This document shows, in pieces, positions 14,162 through 16,297 of a DNA stretch of 16,297 nt. The number at the start of each line of letters is the position of its first letter. The first letter of the stretch is position 1. The stretch is from positions 1 to 16,297 of IMG/VR virus record IMGVR_UViG_3300029033_000070; one strand, 5' to 3'. Under the pieces are notes generated by a model. It searched no databases, was not told where the DNA came from, and worked only from the letters and a program-made list of their open reading frames with translations. The translations under genes were made by a program, and so were the position numbers. This DNA comes from a virus (lineage: Duplodnaviria; Heunggongvirae; Uroviricota; Caudoviricetes).

Positions 14162-14677
14162 ATGGCGTTAACACACCACGAACTCTGTCAGATTGCGTAC
14201 AAGTTCCTTAAGCGCAACGGGTTCAAGGTTTGCTTTCATGACCGCTTTGTTGCTGTAACCAGTACCGGAGAACAGCCAGATGCTATGGGATTCAGAAATT
14301 CAGCATCATGCCTGATAGAGGCGAAGTGTTCTCGTGCTGACTTGTTGGCAGATAGAAAAAAGCGTTTCCGTAAAAATCCCTCACTTGGCATGGGCGACTG
14401 GCGATTCTTTATTAGTGAGCCGGAAATTATTTCAGTTGAGGATTTACCTCCCGGCTGGGGATTACTTCACGTTGTTAACGGAAGAGTACGGAAAGTACAT
14501 GGATGGCCCAGGGGTAATTGCTGTTGGGGTAATCCTGACGATAAGCCATTTACTGGGAATAAGCAGGTTGAATGCGATTACATGTTATCTGCATTAAGGC
14601 GCATGGAGTTGAGAGGGCACCTTAATGAAATATATGACGGTGTGATTGTTAATAAGAAAGAAGGAAACGCGGCATGA
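14162..14677 (+). CDS. PD-(D/E)xK nuclease-superfamily protein (Hjc/VRR-NUC-like motif spacing)
   Basis: E7 ... QPD(41) ... IEAK(53-55): EQPDAMGFRNSASCLIEAKCS has the canonical PD-x(n)-ExK layout. AAGGAG SD; start 1 nt after the upstream stop. Confidence 0.5.
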   Translation: MALTHHELCQIAYKFLKRNGFKVCFHDRFVAVTSTGEQPDAMGFRNSASCLIEAKCSRADLLADRKKRFRKNPSLGMGDWRFFISEPEIISVEDLPPGWGLLHVVNGRVRKVHGWPRGNCCWGNPDDKPFTGNKQVECDYMLSALRRMELRGHLNEIYDGVIVNKKEGNAA

Positions 14678-15591
14678 TCACTATTACCAAAGGGCGACTG
14701 CTGACAATCAAGCAGTGGCGCGAAACATACGGACCGGGTAGCAACGTTGTACTGCCAGCAGAAGAAGCGGAAGAACTGGCACGAATTGCTCTGGTATCGC
14801 TGGAAGCAGAGCCGGTGGCAAAGATTATAGCTCATTACCCATTAGGAGTTGACGTAGGCAAACAAAAGTTCGTACAGGCCATTGGAGAGCTTCCTGACTT
14901 TGGCGGATATCTATTTGCCGCCCCGCCAGCGCCGGTAGTGCCGGAAGAAGCAACTCCGGAAAACGTAGAAATGCTCTCTGGCTATGTTTCCACGTACAAA
15001 TTAACCGATAGCGAGCGCGATATTGCTGCCGAAATATGGAACGCCTGCCGCACCGCCATGCTTCAGTCCGGAAACTTTCGGGAAAGCAAGAATTCGTCAA
15101 CCAATAATTTTCGGGAAATCCCGGAAGCGTCAACCAGCTCTCCGGTAACTCCGGCTCTTCTGCCTGGTGGTTTCACCATTGAGGAGGCGAAGGAATTACA
15201 TGAAGACCTGGTACGCAGCCACATAAGCAAGGCCTTAAGTGGCGAAAAGATGAAAAAGAAAGATCGCGATGCTGATTTGCGCTGGATTCATGGCGTTATA
15301 GTTCAGGCAGCGTGGTTTGTAAAAGCATCACTGGAGCAGAATGCACTATCGGGCAACTCTCCGGTAACTCCGGATGGTTGGATAAGCTGTAGTGAGCGAA
15401 TTCCGGACGATAAACAGTATGTTTGGTGTTGGGGTAAGTCTTACGGCTGGACTGAGTGCGATACCTTCGAAGGGTATTACGATTGGTCGAGAAACAAATG
15501 GTGGGCAGTTACTGACGATGGGGAAGAACCGGCATCGAAAGTAACCCACTGGATGCCGCTACCAGAACCGCCGCAGGAGGTGCGCCAATGA
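14674..15591 (+). CDS. Prophage protein with C-terminal DUF551 domain
   Basis: C-terminal WGKSYGWTECDTFEGYYDWSRNKWW...VTHWMPLPEPP is the typical DUF551 ending; ATGA overlap start. Confidence 0.6.
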   Translation: MITITKGRLLTIKQWRETYGPGSNVVLPAEEAEELARIALVSLEAEPVAKIIAHYPLGVDVGKQKFVQAIGELPDFGGYLFAAPPAPVVPEEATPENVEMLSGYVSTYKLTDSERDIAAEIWNACRTAMLQSGNFRESKNSSTNNFREIPEASTSSPVTPALLPGGFTIEEAKELHEDLVRSHISKALSGEKMKKKDRDADLRWIHGVIVQAAWFVKASLEQNALSGNSPVTPDGWISCSERIPDDKQYVWCWGKSYGWTECDTFEGYYDWSRNKWWAVTDDGEEPASKVTHWMPLPEPPQEVRQ

Positions 15592-15671
15592 TCTGGCCTG
15601 AAGCATTTGCAATTACAGGCGTTGCTATGGCTATCGCTTTTTTAGTATATGTTATTTGTCGGTGTGGGTAA
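15588..15671 (+). CDS. Small hydrophobic peptide (27 aa, single predicted TM helix)
   Basis: ATG in an ATGA overlap with the DUF551 stop; AGGAGG 7 nt upstream; MIWPEAFAITGVAMAIAFLVYVICRCG. Confidence 0.35.
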   Translation: MIWPEAFAITGVAMAIAFLVYVICRCG

Positions 15672-15706
15672 AAGCGTTCGCCGGGATTAACACCAAAGGA
15701 GGGAAT

Positions 15707-15811
15707 GTGTCGGATGATATCTCACTGGCAATGGAAGGTGCGCTGGCTGTTATTGCTGTTGTGGGTGTTTACTGCCTGGTTGTGTTTTTGATGGATCGAC
15801 TAGGGAACTGA
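15707..15811 (+). CDS. Small hydrophobic peptide (~34 aa); frame uncertain
   Basis: AAGGAGGG at 15696-15703; GTG 15707 frame gives VSDDISLAMEGALAVIAVVGVYCLVVFLMDRLGN. An alternative frame from ATG 15714 gives a 25-aa Trp/Leu-rich peptide. Confidence 0.25.
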   Translation: MSDDISLAMEGALAVIAVVGVYCLVVFLMDRLGN

Positions 15812-15819
15812 ATTCATTA

Positions 15820-15841
15820 CGATATGGGAATTCCCATATCG
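15820..15841. repeat. Perfect 22-bp palindrome centred on GAATTC
   Basis: cgatatgggaa/ttcccatatcg; no U-tract on either side, so not a typical terminator. Confidence 0.6.
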
Positions 15842-16056
15842 GGTAAAAACGGTTTGCGGTAAAGCGAGAGTTAAGTAGAATTGCTGCGGGTGCTTGAGGC
15901 TGTCTGCCTCGGGCATGCCACCGTAAGGCAGACAGAGAAAAGCCCCAGTTAACATTATGCGTCTTGCAGGACGCTTAACATTAATCTGAGGCCAATTTCA
16001 TGCTAGTCACATGTAGGTTAGCCTCTTACACGCCGAAAGGCAAGGAGAAGCAGGCT

Positions 16057-16212
16057 ATGAAGCAGCAAAAGGCGATGTTAGTCGCCCTGATCGTCATCTG
16101 TATTACCGTCATTGTGACGGCACTGGTAACGAGGAAAGACCTCTGCGAGGTACGAATCCGAACCGGCCAGACGGAGGTCACTGTCTTCACAGCTTACGAA
16201 CCTGAGGAGTAA
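16057..16212 (+). CDS. hokD: Hok-family type I toxin (HokD/RelF-like)
   Basis: MKQQKAMLVALIVICITVIVTALVTRKDLCEVRIRTGQTEVTVFTAYEPEE is near-identical to HokD/RelF as I recall it. AAGGAG 9 nt upstream of ATG 16057; the track ORF from 16000 is an in-frame upstream extension. A 3' hairpin (cccgc-ttcg-gcggg) is cut by the window end. Confidence 0.8.
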   Translation: MKQQKAMLVALIVICITVIVTALVTRKDLCEVRIRTGQTEVTVFTAYEPEE

Positions 16213-16297
16213 GAGACCAGGCGGGGGAGAAATCCCTCGCCACCTCTGATGAGTCAGGCATCCTCAACGCACCCGCACTTAACCCGCTTCGGCGGGG

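Noticed and set aside
1-16297. CRISPR arrays, rRNA/tRNA genes, IS elements and integrase/excisionase genes
   Set aside because: No regularly spaced short direct repeats, no tRNA-like cloverleaf candidates noticed, and no transposase- or integrase-like translations in any frame; an excisionase would be expected beyond the right edge if this follows the KplE1 layout.

Overview
Early/regulatory half of a lambdoid (CPS-53/KplE1-like) enterobacterial prophage, read from the sequence and ORF translations only; no database search or folding was run. A divergent immunity switch sits at 9.3-10.4 kb: an S24-peptidase CI-type repressor on + (9658-10350) and a Cro-like HTH gene on - (9300-9560), with CGCAA/TTGCGC-type operator repeats between them. 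The minus-strand PR-like operon runs cro > 185-aa ORF > Rha-domain protein > two small ORFs > O-like replication initiator > PerC-like > Dam-type methyltransferase > LexA-DNA-binding-domain-only protein > RusA > SOS-box promoter region > KilA-N protein > 171-aa ORF > DUF968/HNH-like > Q antiterminator. Downstream of Q lies a terminator-dense, largely non-coding 1.3 kb holding two diverged tandem copies of a ~170-nt structured RNA-like element; this is the most unusual feature of the window. The plus-strand PL-like operon has a ~700-bp ORF-poor structured leader, then a translationally coupled string: YfdP-like, YfdQ-like (DUF2303), YfdR-like HD phosphohydrolase, three small/coiled-coil ORFs, a PD-(D/E)xK nuclease-like ORF, a DUF551 protein, two tiny hydrophobic peptides and a HokD-like type I toxin at the window edge. 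No tRNA, rRNA, CRISPR array, integrase or transposase was recognised.
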